64,000 bases of DNA. Origin: Nitrospinota bacterium. Lineage in GTDB: Bacteria > Nitrospinota > Nitrospinia > Nitrospinales > VA-1. This document shows, piece by piece, positions 28,475-37,672 of the stretch. The stretch lies in assembly GCA_009873655.1 (NCBI GenBank), contig WAIB01000007.1, positions 10,718 through 74,717 of the forward strand, written 5' to 3'. Position 1 is the stretch's first letter, and each line of letters opens with the position of its first letter. The notes beneath the pieces were generated by a model. That model had not been told where the DNA came from. It saw nothing but the letters and a program-made list of their open reading frames with translations, and made no database searches. A program made the position numbers and the translations under genes.

Positions 28475-28996
28475 TTAATCCAGCCGCATGCGGCTAACAC
28501 CTCGGAAGTTTTTCGACTTTTTAATTATTTGAGCTCCTTTATCGCCGATTCTATTTCGAAATAGATCCAAAGTGCTCAAATTGGTCAGGGTCCCAGATTC
28601 AGCTAAATAAGTGGCCCCCATTTCTCCCACCCGATTGAATTTAAGAATTAGATGTTCCAACTGTGCCAGTTTGGGGGATTCGGCAATTGATTTTGCCCCT
28701 AATTCGGTGATGTTGTTTGATTTCAGGTTCAAGGTCTTCAAATTTTCAATATAAGGTGAATTACACAGTACTTCCAATCCCTCGTCGCTAATATCATTTT
28801 CGCCAAGTTCCAGACATATAACTTCGGACAAAATTTCTAAATTTGATAGTTTTGAGATACCCTCATCACCCAATTTGCGATTTTCCAGGCAAAGGCTGGA
28901 GCCGACGACGCCTTTTTCTATTTTATCGGAAACCAGTTTTTCTATATCCACGGATACACTTCCAGTCAACGGTACAACCTGAACAAAAAAGGTCAT
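28475..28996 (-). CDS. Leucine-rich repeat protein (ribonuclease-inhibitor/RNI type)
   Basis: The 173 aa ORF has about 28-residue repeats of the form L.L..N.I.D.G...L, for example LELGENDISDEGLEVL, LNLKSNNITELGAKSI, LILKFNRVGEMGATYL and LDLFRNRIGDKGAQII. Confidence 0.7.
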   Translation of the reverse strand: MTFFVQVVPLTGSVSVDIEKLVSDKIEKGVVGSSLCLENRKLGDEGISKLSNLEILSEVICLELGENDISDEGLEVLCNSPYIENLKTLNLKSNNITELGAKSIAESPKLAQLEHLILKFNRVGEMGATYLAESGTLTNLSTLDLFRNRIGDKGAQIIKKSKNFRGVSRMRLD

Positions 28997-29180
28997 TGTT
29001 TACAATGCGTTCTCAGATGAACAATATAAACTGAATAGGTTTCAGGGTCAACTTTACCTTAAATTATTAATAACAGCTTTAATTTTAGAATATTTGGTCG
29101 GTTCATGTTTAAACCCCTGTCATTTCAAGTTTTATTTTGCTAGACTTGTCACATTAAACAGAAATCAAGGAGTCAGTCTT

Positions 29181-29591
29181 ATGATGGGAATAGGTTTTCC
29201 AGAATTGATGGTAATTCTAATTATCATAATGATTATTTTTGGCGCCGGAAAACTTCCAGAAATTGGATCCGCGTTCGGACGCAGCATTAAAAACTTCAAA
29301 AGCTCCATGAAAGAAGCGGAAGCAGAAGACCCGCCCGCTGAAGAGGGTTCTGAAACCCAGGAGGTTGCTTCCAAAGCTGAAAATACCGCTGAAACGCAAA
29401 AAAGCGATGCCGCCAAGAAAGAAGAAGAACTTATCGATGAAGCTGCCAATGAAATAAAGGAAAATAGAGTAGGCACCATTCGGACAGCACACGATGGTTT
29501 AGTTCAGCAGGGCGATGTATTTACTCAATCACTGGGCCGCACTCCTGGAGGACGTGGAAGAGATCGAGGGGTCTCAAGAGATACCTTTTAG
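29181..29591 (+). CDS. tatA: Twin-arginine translocase subunit TatA/E with a long C-terminal tail
   Basis: AAGGAG lies at 29167-29172, followed by ATG at 29181. The N-terminus MMGIGFPELMVILIIIMIIFGAGKLPEIGSAFGRSIKNFK is the canonical TatA transmembrane plus amphipathic helix. The track's upstream extension to 29094 is unlikely. Confidence 0.85.
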   Translation: MMGIGFPELMVILIIIMIIFGAGKLPEIGSAFGRSIKNFKSSMKEAEAEDPPAEEGSETQEVASKAENTAETQKSDAAKKEEELIDEAANEIKENRVGTIRTAHDGLVQQGDVFTQSLGRTPGGRGRDRGVSRDTF

Positions 29592-29604
29592 TTTTTGAAT
29601 TTTA

Positions 29605-30606
29605 TTATTCAAATGACTCGGATTTTACACTGCTGGTCCTGAATGACATTAACCACCCCAAGGTTAACCCCAAGGCAACCCAGGCCAGTTGTTTCACTCT
29701 TCCTACCAGCGATGCCGCCAACCCCAGGCTGGGAGGATAACCCAGAGATGAAAAAATAAGCACCAACCCACCTTCCAGCGCACCTATGCTAAAGGGGATA
29801 AAAAAGCTTCCCGCCTTTACCAGTTGCGCCATAGCTTCGATAATCCATATGTCAATAAAGGAAGGAGAAAAACCCAGAAAGTAAAAAATTAAATACACCT
29901 CTCCCAAACCCAGAATCCAACCCAAAAAAGCAAGGAAAATTGAAATTAATACCCTTTGCGGAAATTTTCGATAAAAAACGGAAAACAAACTGTCAAGATG
30001 GATCAGTTTTTGAAGAAAATTTTGCAGACCCGGCTTGGATGTTTTGGAACCGAACCATTGAGAAATATTTCCCAGAGTCCCGGTTACCTGAAACAGGAAA
30101 AACAGGAAAATCATAATTGAGAAAGAAACCATTCCCCAAAGACTGACCGTTTTAAAATCTGCGGGTATAACCGACGAGTTGAAAATAAAAAATATTCCTG
30201 GAACACAAAATAGTATCAGGGCGGCTAAAAATGTAGTGCGGGTAATGATCAGGGAAGATATGGTTTGTTTTAAACTGATTTCAAAATGTTCCCTCAAAAG
30301 GTGTGCCTTTACCGGTTCCCCTCCCATGGTTCCCAGGGGGGTTATGGTGTTGTAGGCGTCTCCAATGGTTCTTATCTCCCATAATTTGAGGTCGGAGATG
30401 TCCCGGGTTATTCCGGGTGGAAAATTAAATTTCCACGAAAGCGTATCAAGCCAGGTGATGCCGACATACAGTCCAAGAATAGCAAGAAACCCGAACTTCA
30501 TTTCCAATAAAAGCTCCAGGGTTTTTTCCATGTCCACAGCATTGACTGCCCAGATTAAAAGCCCAAGGCCAATTAAAAATAGAGCCAGATTTAAAAAAAG
30601 TTTCAT
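29605..30606 (-). CDS. Polytopic membrane protein, lysylphosphatidylglycerol-synthase-TM/flippase-like (UPF0104) family
   Basis: The 333 aa ORF has about 8 hydrophobic segments, and its overall pattern resembles LPG_synthase_TM. This assignment is from memory only. Confidence 0.5.
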   Translation of the reverse strand: MKLFLNLALFLIGLGLLIWAVNAVDMEKTLELLLEMKFGFLAILGLYVGITWLDTLSWKFNFPPGITRDISDLKLWEIRTIGDAYNTITPLGTMGGEPVKAHLLREHFEISLKQTISSLIITRTTFLAALILFCVPGIFFIFNSSVIPADFKTVSLWGMVSFSIMIFLFFLFQVTGTLGNISQWFGSKTSKPGLQNFLQKLIHLDSLFSVFYRKFPQRVLISIFLAFLGWILGLGEVYLIFYFLGFSPSFIDIWIIEAMAQLVKAGSFFIPFSIGALEGGLVLIFSSLGYPPSLGLAASLVGRVKQLAWVALGLTLGWLMSFRTSSVKSESFE

Positions 30607-30704
30607 TTCGAATTTTTTAACCTGAGGGAGACCGGGTACGGAATACGTTGGACGGAATTACGGCTGAATTACTTGTGGGGGGCGGCTGGTTGACGATTGG
30701 AATG

Positions 30705-31895
30705 TCAGCGATCGCATTCTCCACCAATCATATTGATCATATCAAAGGTGGGTATAATATCTGCCAGCATACCTCCTTCACACATGTCTGGCATGGCCTG
30801 TGTCAGTGCAAAGGACGGGGGCCGGACACGACATTTGTAAGGTTTGCCTGAGCCATCACTTACCAGGTAGAAGCCGAGTTCACCATTTGCCGCTTCCGTG
30901 GGAAAATAAACCTCGCCCACCGGGGGCTTTAATCCATCAATAACCATTTTAAAATGGGCTATCATTTCTTCCATCCGTTTGTATACATCGGGCTTGGCGG
31001 GGTTTCTCAGATAAGGGTGGTTCACATTGATGGGGCCCTCAGGCATATCACGCATGGCTTGCTTGATTATTTTCAGGCTTTGTTTGATCTCTTCCATGCG
31101 GACCAGATACCTGTCAAAATTGTCTCCCGTTTTTCCAAGGGGAATATCAAAATCAAGTTTGTCGTAGCAGAGATAAGGGTGATTTTTGCGGACATCGTAA
31201 TTGACACCGGATGCTCTCAAACAGGGACCTGTAAATCCCCAGGATATGGCGTTTTCTACCGGAATGGCCCCGGTATCTACCATGCGGTCAATGAAGATCC
31301 GGTTTTTGGTCAACAGCTTGTCTACATCATCAAAAAGGTCATCGAGTTTTGGATAAGCCGCCTTAAGGTCTTCATCAAACCCGGGCGGCAGGTCGCACAT
31401 CAAACCGCCAATTCTAATATAGTTGGAAGTGAGGCGGGCACCACATACTTTTTCGAGTAAATCCCATACAATTTCCCGCGCTTCGACAAAATAAATGAAT
31501 GCGGTCAGGGCTCCGAGTTCCAGGGCGGCGGCGGCTATGTTCGTATAATGATCTGAAATCCGCGCCAGTTCATTGGTTACGACCCGTATATATTTGCACC
31601 GTTCTGTAATTTCGATATCGCATAGTTTTTCCACGGCCAACGCAAACCCGATATTATTCATGATTGCTGAACAGTAGTTCAGACGGTCTGTGTACGGAAA
31701 AACGTTCGAATAGGTTACGCTTTCACACATTTTCTCAAACCCGCGATGCAGATAACCAATTTCTAAATCCATATGAACTACGGTTTCTCCATCCAGAGTC
31801 AGAAGAAACTTTACGGTTCCATGAGTCGCTGGATGCGAGGGGCCCATGTTCAGGACCATATGGTCGGTATGTAGATTTTCTTTTAGGTCAGTCAT
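30705..31895 (-). CDS. nuoD: NADH-quinone oxidoreductase subunit D (49 kDa)
   Basis: Motifs NMGPSHPATHG, EIGYLHRGFEK and the C-terminal GGECDR are present. It has no NiFe-hydrogenase Cys motifs. Confidence 0.9.
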   Translation of the reverse strand: MTDLKENLHTDHMVLNMGPSHPATHGTVKFLLTLDGETVVHMDLEIGYLHRGFEKMCESVTYSNVFPYTDRLNYCSAIMNNIGFALAVEKLCDIEITERCKYIRVVTNELARISDHYTNIAAAALELGALTAFIYFVEAREIVWDLLEKVCGARLTSNYIRIGGLMCDLPPGFDEDLKAAYPKLDDLFDDVDKLLTKNRIFIDRMVDTGAIPVENAISWGFTGPCLRASGVNYDVRKNHPYLCYDKLDFDIPLGKTGDNFDRYLVRMEEIKQSLKIIKQAMRDMPEGPINVNHPYLRNPAKPDVYKRMEEMIAHFKMVIDGLKPPVGEVYFPTEAANGELGFYLVSDGSGKPYKCRVRPPSFALTQAMPDMCEGGMLADIIPTFDMINMIGGECDR

Positions 31896-31917
31896 AATTT
31901 AAATTCGTAAATGGGTG

Positions 31918-34488
31918 TTAGCCGGATTTAGAAACTTTCACCTGTACCAAACCTTCTTCGCCATTTCGCAAGTTATTAACAGGAACTTCCGGCCAGTTTT
32001 TAGGAACATAAACCATACCCTGGCTGGTAACTCTTGTGGTTTTTATTTTTACCTGAACCTTGCTGCTTGAGGATTCAATGACCACCTGGTCTCCCGATGC
32101 GACTCCCAATCCTTTTGCATCTTCAGGGTGAATTTCAGCAATGCATTCTGGTCCGATATCGACCAATGCCTTGGCATGCTGGCTGTAACTTCCAATATGG
32201 AACATATGGTTGTTGGTTTGCAGAGTGAATGGAAAACTTTCCTGGGCCGCCTCCGCATCATTGCTGGCTGGGTTGATCTTAAATTCGGGTTTCTTGTCCG
32301 ATTTCGGAGGAACCCATTGTTTCGAATCCTTCCCCGGAAAAGTTCCCTTGTAAACAGGCGCGGCTTCCTCTATTTCCTGTTGGATTTCCGGGAGAGTTGA
32401 TTTCTGAAAAGGTTTTCCCAGCGCCTCTGCCAACTCAATCAGAATATCGAAATCAGGTTTTGAAGTCCCTTGCGGTAAAATTGCAGAGGTGACTGCCTGT
32501 ACATGTCTCGACATATTGGTATAGGTTCCATCTTTTTCTGCATAGGTGGAAGAAGGCAAAATCAAGTCCGCCATTTTGGCCGTCTCCGTCATGTATACAT
32601 CTGTGACGATTAAAAAGGGAACGGTTCTAAGGGCCTCAGTCACCAATTGGGGTCGGTAAAACGATCCCACAGGGTCTTCACCGGCAATGTAGAGAAATTT
32701 GGTGGTCCCGTCTTTACAGTTTTCAAAAAAGTCGCGACCTTTTTCTCCTTTGGACGGTTGATATCCCGGCAAAAATTCAGGTTCGAGCCCCATATCATTC
32801 ACACCCTGGGAATTACAATGTTCTCTTGGAGGATAAATGCTCACACTTCCCGTGCTGCCAAAGTTAACCAGGGTGCAAAGATTGAGCAGAGCATTTAAAA
32901 TTTCTTCCCCCTGACCGGTGTCGAGAATATCGTTGCCGACCAGGACGAACCGATCTGCATCGCGGGCGAACCTTTCCGCAGCCCGGGTGAGGACATCATC
33001 AGGCAGGCCCGTAAGCTTTTCCGTGTTGTCCGCGGTGTAGCTGGAAAGAGACTGAACCAGTTCGTCAAAATTTGCTATTGAAGACTTGGCCTTGCTTGCG
33101 TCGATCAAACCGTTATCGATCATAATTTTTGCAAGCCGGGAAGCGACTGCTAAATCCGATCCATGCTTGAAGGTCATACGAACATCTACCTTTGCTTCGC
33201 TGTCAAAGACAACCCGCCTAGGATTGGCAATCAGGATATCCGTGTTATTGAAGACAGTTCCGAATCGTACAGAGTTTCCGCCCACAGGATATTCAGAAGG
33301 CAGATCTGAATTGAAAACCAGAACAACATCTGCTTCCTGTAATTGGGTTATGGGTTTTGAGGAGATGCCGTTATCGAAACAATTCAGCATGAACTGATTG
33401 AGATAGGGAGCCCTTATGTTTGCAAGGTTGTTCAGCTGATTTGATCCCAACGTTTCCCGGAATAATTTTTGTAACAGGTAGTTTTCTTCATTGGTCAGTT
33501 TTTCGGAACCGATTGCAGCAAGGCTGTCAGGCCCACTGCGGTTGACCGTGGCCTGCATTCGATCTGCAATGGTATTGAGGGCTTCATCCCAGGTGACTTC
33601 CTGGAAGTCTCCTCCGACATTCATTAGAGGGTTTTCAATCCGTTGTTCATTGTGGATTATGCCATGGCCAAATCGACCTTTTGCGCACAGGTTTCCTTCA
33701 TTAATTCCGACGTTATAGTTTTCGTCGGCTTCAATGCGGATGACTTCGCCTTTTTTAGTTTCGAGCTTAACGGTGCAACCCCAAGAACAGAAATTGCAGG
33801 TCGAATGCGTTTCGGTGAACATGGCCGCCAGGCCCCTTGCGCCCGAGGTCATGTCCATGAGGGCGCCCGTAGGACAGACGGTTATGCACTGTCCGCAAAA
33901 CTCGCAATCCAGCGGTTCGTCGTTGGCGGTCCCAATTCCCACGCTCATGCCGCGTTTATGGAAATCCAGGGCTTTCGCACCTTGAATTTCATCACAGGCT
34001 CTCACGCAAAGGCCGCACATGATACAGCGGTTGAGATAAAATTCGATTATTGGATTTGTTTTTATACTGGGTTCGTTTCGCCTTTGGGTTTCGAATCGGC
34101 CGTCATAAAGTTGTAATAAATCGGTGTTATCCTGAAGAGGGCAGACTCCGGATTTGTCGCAAATGGGGCAATCCAAGGGATGTTCAACGAGAAGCATTTC
34201 GAGGCATGCTTTGTTGTACCGGTCCGTTTCTTCTGTCGCAGTTCTTATTTCCATTCCTTCGGCAACCGGGTGCGTGCAGGAATAGACCAACTCTTTTTTC
34301 CCATCGACCACGGTTTCAACCATGCAGGTTCGACAGGCCGCAAAGGGTTTCAGTTTGCGGTTATAGCAAAGGTTTGAAACTTCAACATTATTTTGTTTGC
34401 AGACTTCCAGGACAACCGTCCCTTCCGGGACAGTGGTTTCTTCTCCGTTGATTTTTACGTTGAGAATTTTCTTTTCAACGGTGCTCAT
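31918..34488 (-). CDS. nuoG: NADH-quinone oxidoreductase subunit G-like (75 kDa; 2Fe-2S, 4Fe-4S and molybdopterin-oxidoreductase fold)
   Basis: The N-terminus has a 2Fe-2S ferredoxin fold (C..C.TC), followed by HPLDCPICDKSGVC, CIMCGLCVRAC and the N7-like CNFCSWGC...CAKGRF. A C-terminal molybdopterin-binding beta-barrel is present. Its ATG overlaps the nuoE stop (ATGA). Confidence 0.8.
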   Translation of the reverse strand: MSTVEKKILNVKINGEETTVPEGTVVLEVCKQNNVEVSNLCYNRKLKPFAACRTCMVETVVDGKKELVYSCTHPVAEGMEIRTATEETDRYNKACLEMLLVEHPLDCPICDKSGVCPLQDNTDLLQLYDGRFETQRRNEPSIKTNPIIEFYLNRCIMCGLCVRACDEIQGAKALDFHKRGMSVGIGTANDEPLDCEFCGQCITVCPTGALMDMTSGARGLAAMFTETHSTCNFCSWGCTVKLETKKGEVIRIEADENYNVGINEGNLCAKGRFGHGIIHNEQRIENPLMNVGGDFQEVTWDEALNTIADRMQATVNRSGPDSLAAIGSEKLTNEENYLLQKLFRETLGSNQLNNLANIRAPYLNQFMLNCFDNGISSKPITQLQEADVVLVFNSDLPSEYPVGGNSVRFGTVFNNTDILIANPRRVVFDSEAKVDVRMTFKHGSDLAVASRLAKIMIDNGLIDASKAKSSIANFDELVQSLSSYTADNTEKLTGLPDDVLTRAAERFARDADRFVLVGNDILDTGQGEEILNALLNLCTLVNFGSTGSVSIYPPREHCNSQGVNDMGLEPEFLPGYQPSKGEKGRDFFENCKDGTTKFLYIAGEDPVGSFYRPQLVTEALRTVPFLIVTDVYMTETAKMADLILPSSTYAEKDGTYTNMSRHVQAVTSAILPQGTSKPDFDILIELAEALGKPFQKSTLPEIQQEIEEAAPVYKGTFPGKDSKQWVPPKSDKKPEFKINPASNDAEAAQESFPFTLQTNNHMFHIGSYSQHAKALVDIGPECIAEIHPEDAKGLGVASGDQVVIESSSSKVQVKIKTTRVTSQGMVYVPKNWPEVPVNNLRNGEEGLVQVKVSKSG

Positions 34489-35018
34489 CCTACCTCCTCT
34501 GTCACGGGTGTTTCTTCGTCATCCTTTTTGTATTCGGAGAGAATGTCGTAGGTTTTTTCGGGATCAATCGTGCCGTGGGTATCGTCTCCAATGATGGCCA
34601 TGGGTGCGGCCCCGCAGTTTCCAAGACAGGAAGCGGTCTGCAGGGTGAACAACTTTTCTGCATCGGTTTCCCCGGGTTTGATATGGTATTTCTCATGAAT
34701 TTTATCATTAATGATGGGGGCTCCTTTTACGAAGCAGGCCGTCCCATAGCATAGCTTAATAATGTATTTTCCCGGTTCGGTAATTCTGAGTTGCGGGTAA
34801 AAGGATATGACCCCGTATATTTCCGCGCGAGCGATATTAAAAAATTCCATCAACATTTCCATCACTGGATCAGGGAGATATCGATAAATGCCTTGGACTT
34901 TATCCAAAGTTGGAATCAGATGACCGCGCGAATTGTCCGGCAATTGGTTTATGATTTCTTCAGCCGGGGCAAGATCAATTTCTTCTACTTCTTCTGTCGT
35001 CTCAGTATTTGTTTCCAT
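34485..35018 (-). CDS. nuoE: NADH-quinone oxidoreductase subunit E (24 kDa thioredoxin-like 2Fe-2S)
   Basis: The 177 aa ORF has the Cys ligands in LCYGTAC and ASCLGNCGAAP. Confidence 0.85.
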   Translation of the reverse strand: METNTETTEEVEEIDLAPAEEIINQLPDNSRGHLIPTLDKVQGIYRYLPDPVMEMLMEFFNIARAEIYGVISFYPQLRITEPGKYIIKLCYGTACFVKGAPIINDKIHEKYHIKPGETDAEKLFTLQTASCLGNCGAAPMAIIGDDTHGTIDPEKTYDILSEYKKDDEETPVTEEVG

Positions 35019-35371
35019 ATATTAAGCCTCAACAATATCCATGCATTTTCCTTTAAAATATCAGGAAAATGACTGCAGAATTGGAAAAAATTAAAAAAGC
35101 GCTGGTATTTTAACCGAAAACTCCGTTTTCCCGGAATCCTGCTAAGAGGCCGAAGTATATAAGGAGGAAGGATTTACTGTCAACCTATATATTGCGAAAG
35201 AGGGCAACCTCATAAACCCTTAAATTAGAAGGGCAAATGGGTTGTGTTGACGGCTGGTTTGAATTGCGGGAGTTGGCTTGGGAATGAATCAAATCAAGCA
35301 TGAAAATGCTTTTGTTAAAGGGAGCACCAAAATAACGTTGAAAGAACCACCAAGGTGTTGGGCCGAGGTGC

Positions 35372-37654
35372 CTATGGAACAAGAATGATGTCAGAATTTC
35401 CGGAGGTTGCTTTGCGCCGCGTTCTGGGCTTTATCATGGTTTTTGTTTCAAACTCTTTTTCCAGGAGGGCTATTTTCTCGTGGGCTCCCGCATGGTTTCC
35501 GTCCATTTGTAATGCTTTTCGAAATTGCAGGAGGGCATCTTCATTTCGTCCCATTTCGTTATAGACCATTCCCAATCCATAATAGGTGTTTGCTGCTGGA
35601 TTCAGGTGAATGGCTCGTTTAAAAACGGGTGCGGCTTCCAGATACCGTTTTTCATCCATGAGCACCCATCCCAGACTGAACATTGCATCCGAATTTCTGG
35701 GGTTCAGTTCAAGCAGTTTTTGATAGGTTTTTATGGCCTCCGGAAAGCGGCCCAGAATTTCGTAAACCATTCCCAGGTTCAGCAAACCATTTTCAAATTC
35801 AGGATTGGTTCTCAATGCGTTTTTAAATGAACGAACAGCTTTCACGTATTCTTTTTGAAAAGTATAAATTGTTCCCAGGCCATTGAATGCAATCGTAAAA
35901 CCGGGGTCAATTTGAATGGCGCTATCAAAGGCTTTAATAGCATCGGGATAGTTTCCTAACCTTTGGTAGGTTTCCCCCAGATGGTTGAATGCTTCAGAAA
36001 AATCGGGCTGAGATTCAACGGCCATTTTTAACGGTTCAATGGCTTCTTCATTTCTTCCTGCATCGATTAAACTCAGTCCGAGAAAATATTGGGCCTCAGC
36101 ATGCTTTGGATCATTTTTAACGGCATTTTGAAGAAAGGGCAGGGCATCATGGTATTGATTGGTTTTCAATAGGCTTTTACCGAGGAGAAAATCCGTTTCA
36201 TTAAACCCGGGTTCAATGTTGTTTACTTTTTTCAGCGGGGTAATGGCATCTCGATAATTTTCTAATAATGTATCAAACCTTCCCAAAAGATAGAGAGCTT
36301 TCATAAAACCGGGTTTCAGTTGAATTGCCTTTCTCAAAGGCTGCAATCCTTCTTTATGCCTGTTTAATTCGCCATAGGTGTTGCCCAGTTCGTAATAAGT
36401 TTGGGCCAGCTTTGGATTTATTTGCAGGGCGATATTGAATTCAGCTAATGCTTTTTCCGGAAGATTGAGTTTGGCGTAGTTGCGTCCAAGCCTTGCGTGC
36501 GCTTCAACGTGCTCAGGGTTGATGCGGGTTGCCTGCAAAAATGCTTCAGCGGCTTCCTTGTAACGTTGGAAGGATTCATGTATTTCTGCGGAGTTAAAAA
36601 ACGCATCCAGGTTGTCAGGATCATATTTGATGGTCCGCGAATAAAAATCCAAAGCCTTTTCCGCCTCACCGAGCTCCTGGTATAGCCAGGCAATGTTGAA
36701 ATGGGCTTCGGGAAAATTTTCATTTAACCGTATTGCTTCTTCAAACTTTTTTATAGCTTCCAGTTTTTTGTTGGTTTTTGTATATGCAACTCCCGCTTTA
36801 TAGTGGGCAACCGGGTTTCTAAAGTCGATTCTTGCCATTTCAAGGTATGGGGCAAGAGCTTTCTCGTGTTCACCCATGTTTGCATATGCCAAGCCGAGAT
36901 TATTGTAAGCCTCCAGGGAAAGGGGGTTGATGGAAATGGCATTTCTCAGGGGGGCGATGGCTTCGTCATTTCTGTCAGCATTCATATAAGCTTTCCCGAT
37001 TCCAATATAAGCCTCAAAGAAGTTGGGGCTCAGTCTCAGCGTGTCATGGAACGCATCCACAGCCTCGTTATACATATTCAAGCTGGTATAACTTCGACCC
37101 AGCTGAAAATAGGCGTCTGGAAAAATGGGAGTAATGGAAAGGGTCTTGCGGTATTCATCAATGGCAAGCTGATGGTTGTCAAGCTTTGCCCATACCTTTC
37201 CGAGGGTGAAATGGGCCGCAACCATTTTGGGTTCAACTTTAGTCGCGATTTTGAGCGGTTGAAGGGCTTTGTCGTAATTCCCCAGTTGAAAATACGACCA
37301 ACCCAGTCCATATTGAGCTTCTGCATAATTGGGGCCCAGGCGGGTGGCTTCCAGATAGACTCCAACGGCTTTATCGAATTGGCCTAGTTCTCCGTAGCTG
37401 GCTCCCAAGCCATTGAATGCAGCTGCAAAGAGGGGTTCCAGCTCAATGGCTTTTTTATATTCTTTAACCGCTTTGTCATAAATACCCATTATGTGATAGG
37501 CCTGCCCAAGACCAAAATGAGGCGCGTAGTCTTTCGGGTCGGCCTTGGCCGCTTTTTTCAATTTTTCTATTGGATCTTCTTTTGCCCATGACGGGTTATC
37601 ATGAAAAGGAATCAGTATTCCAAGAAATAAAAGACCAATAATAAAATTTTTCAT
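35372..37654 (-). CDS. Secreted tetratricopeptide-repeat protein (about 20 TPR units)
   Basis: The 760 aa ORF has a signal peptide MKNFIIGLLFLGILIPF. It carries a regular 34-residue A..Y...L...P....A...LG periodicity throughout. It starts 18 nt after amt. Confidence 0.85.
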   Translation of the reverse strand: MKNFIIGLLFLGILIPFHDNPSWAKEDPIEKLKKAAKADPKDYAPHFGLGQAYHIMGIYDKAVKEYKKAIELEPLFAAAFNGLGASYGELGQFDKAVGVYLEATRLGPNYAEAQYGLGWSYFQLGNYDKALQPLKIATKVEPKMVAAHFTLGKVWAKLDNHQLAIDEYRKTLSITPIFPDAYFQLGRSYTSLNMYNEAVDAFHDTLRLSPNFFEAYIGIGKAYMNADRNDEAIAPLRNAISINPLSLEAYNNLGLAYANMGEHEKALAPYLEMARIDFRNPVAHYKAGVAYTKTNKKLEAIKKFEEAIRLNENFPEAHFNIAWLYQELGEAEKALDFYSRTIKYDPDNLDAFFNSAEIHESFQRYKEAAEAFLQATRINPEHVEAHARLGRNYAKLNLPEKALAEFNIALQINPKLAQTYYELGNTYGELNRHKEGLQPLRKAIQLKPGFMKALYLLGRFDTLLENYRDAITPLKKVNNIEPGFNETDFLLGKSLLKTNQYHDALPFLQNAVKNDPKHAEAQYFLGLSLIDAGRNEEAIEPLKMAVESQPDFSEAFNHLGETYQRLGNYPDAIKAFDSAIQIDPGFTIAFNGLGTIYTFQKEYVKAVRSFKNALRTNPEFENGLLNLGMVYEILGRFPEAIKTYQKLLELNPRNSDAMFSLGWVLMDEKRYLEAAPVFKRAIHLNPAANTYYGLGMVYNEMGRNEDALLQFRKALQMDGNHAGAHEKIALLEKEFETKTMIKPRTRRKATSGNSDIILVP

Positions 37655-37672
37655 AAGCAGTAACTCAAATAT

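Noticed and set aside
28475-28996. The RI-type LRR protein might be eukaryotic contamination or a recent horizontal insertion.
   Set aside because: It is embedded in a tight same-strand arrangement with bacterial genes. By eye its composition is similar to its neighbours. No repeats, tRNA or integrase genes flank it.
29094-29180. The upstream extension of the tatA ORF, giving the 165 aa version in the track.
   Set aside because: A strong AAGGAG plus ATG at 29181 yields the canonical TatA N-terminus. The extension has no start-site support and would put an unrelated peptide ahead of the transmembrane helix.
31918-34488. The 856 aa molybdopterin-fold protein might be a formate dehydrogenase alpha subunit, which would make nuoE an FdsG-like partner.
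   Set aside because: By my by-eye alignment there is no Cys/Sec-His pair at the position corresponding to the FdhF active site, and there is no in-frame TGA. It sits between bona fide nuoE and nuoD, with no FdsB/NuoF-like gene. NuoG is the better call. This rests on a remembered motif and should be confirmed by a proper alignment.
35019-35371. The 350 nt spacer upstream of nuoE, including the 65 aa ORF at 35185-35382, considered as a possible small gene or sRNA.
   Set aside because: The ORF overlaps the end of the TPR gene and has an implausible composition and no ribosome-binding site. I see no clear promoter, terminator or conserved structure that would support an RNA call.
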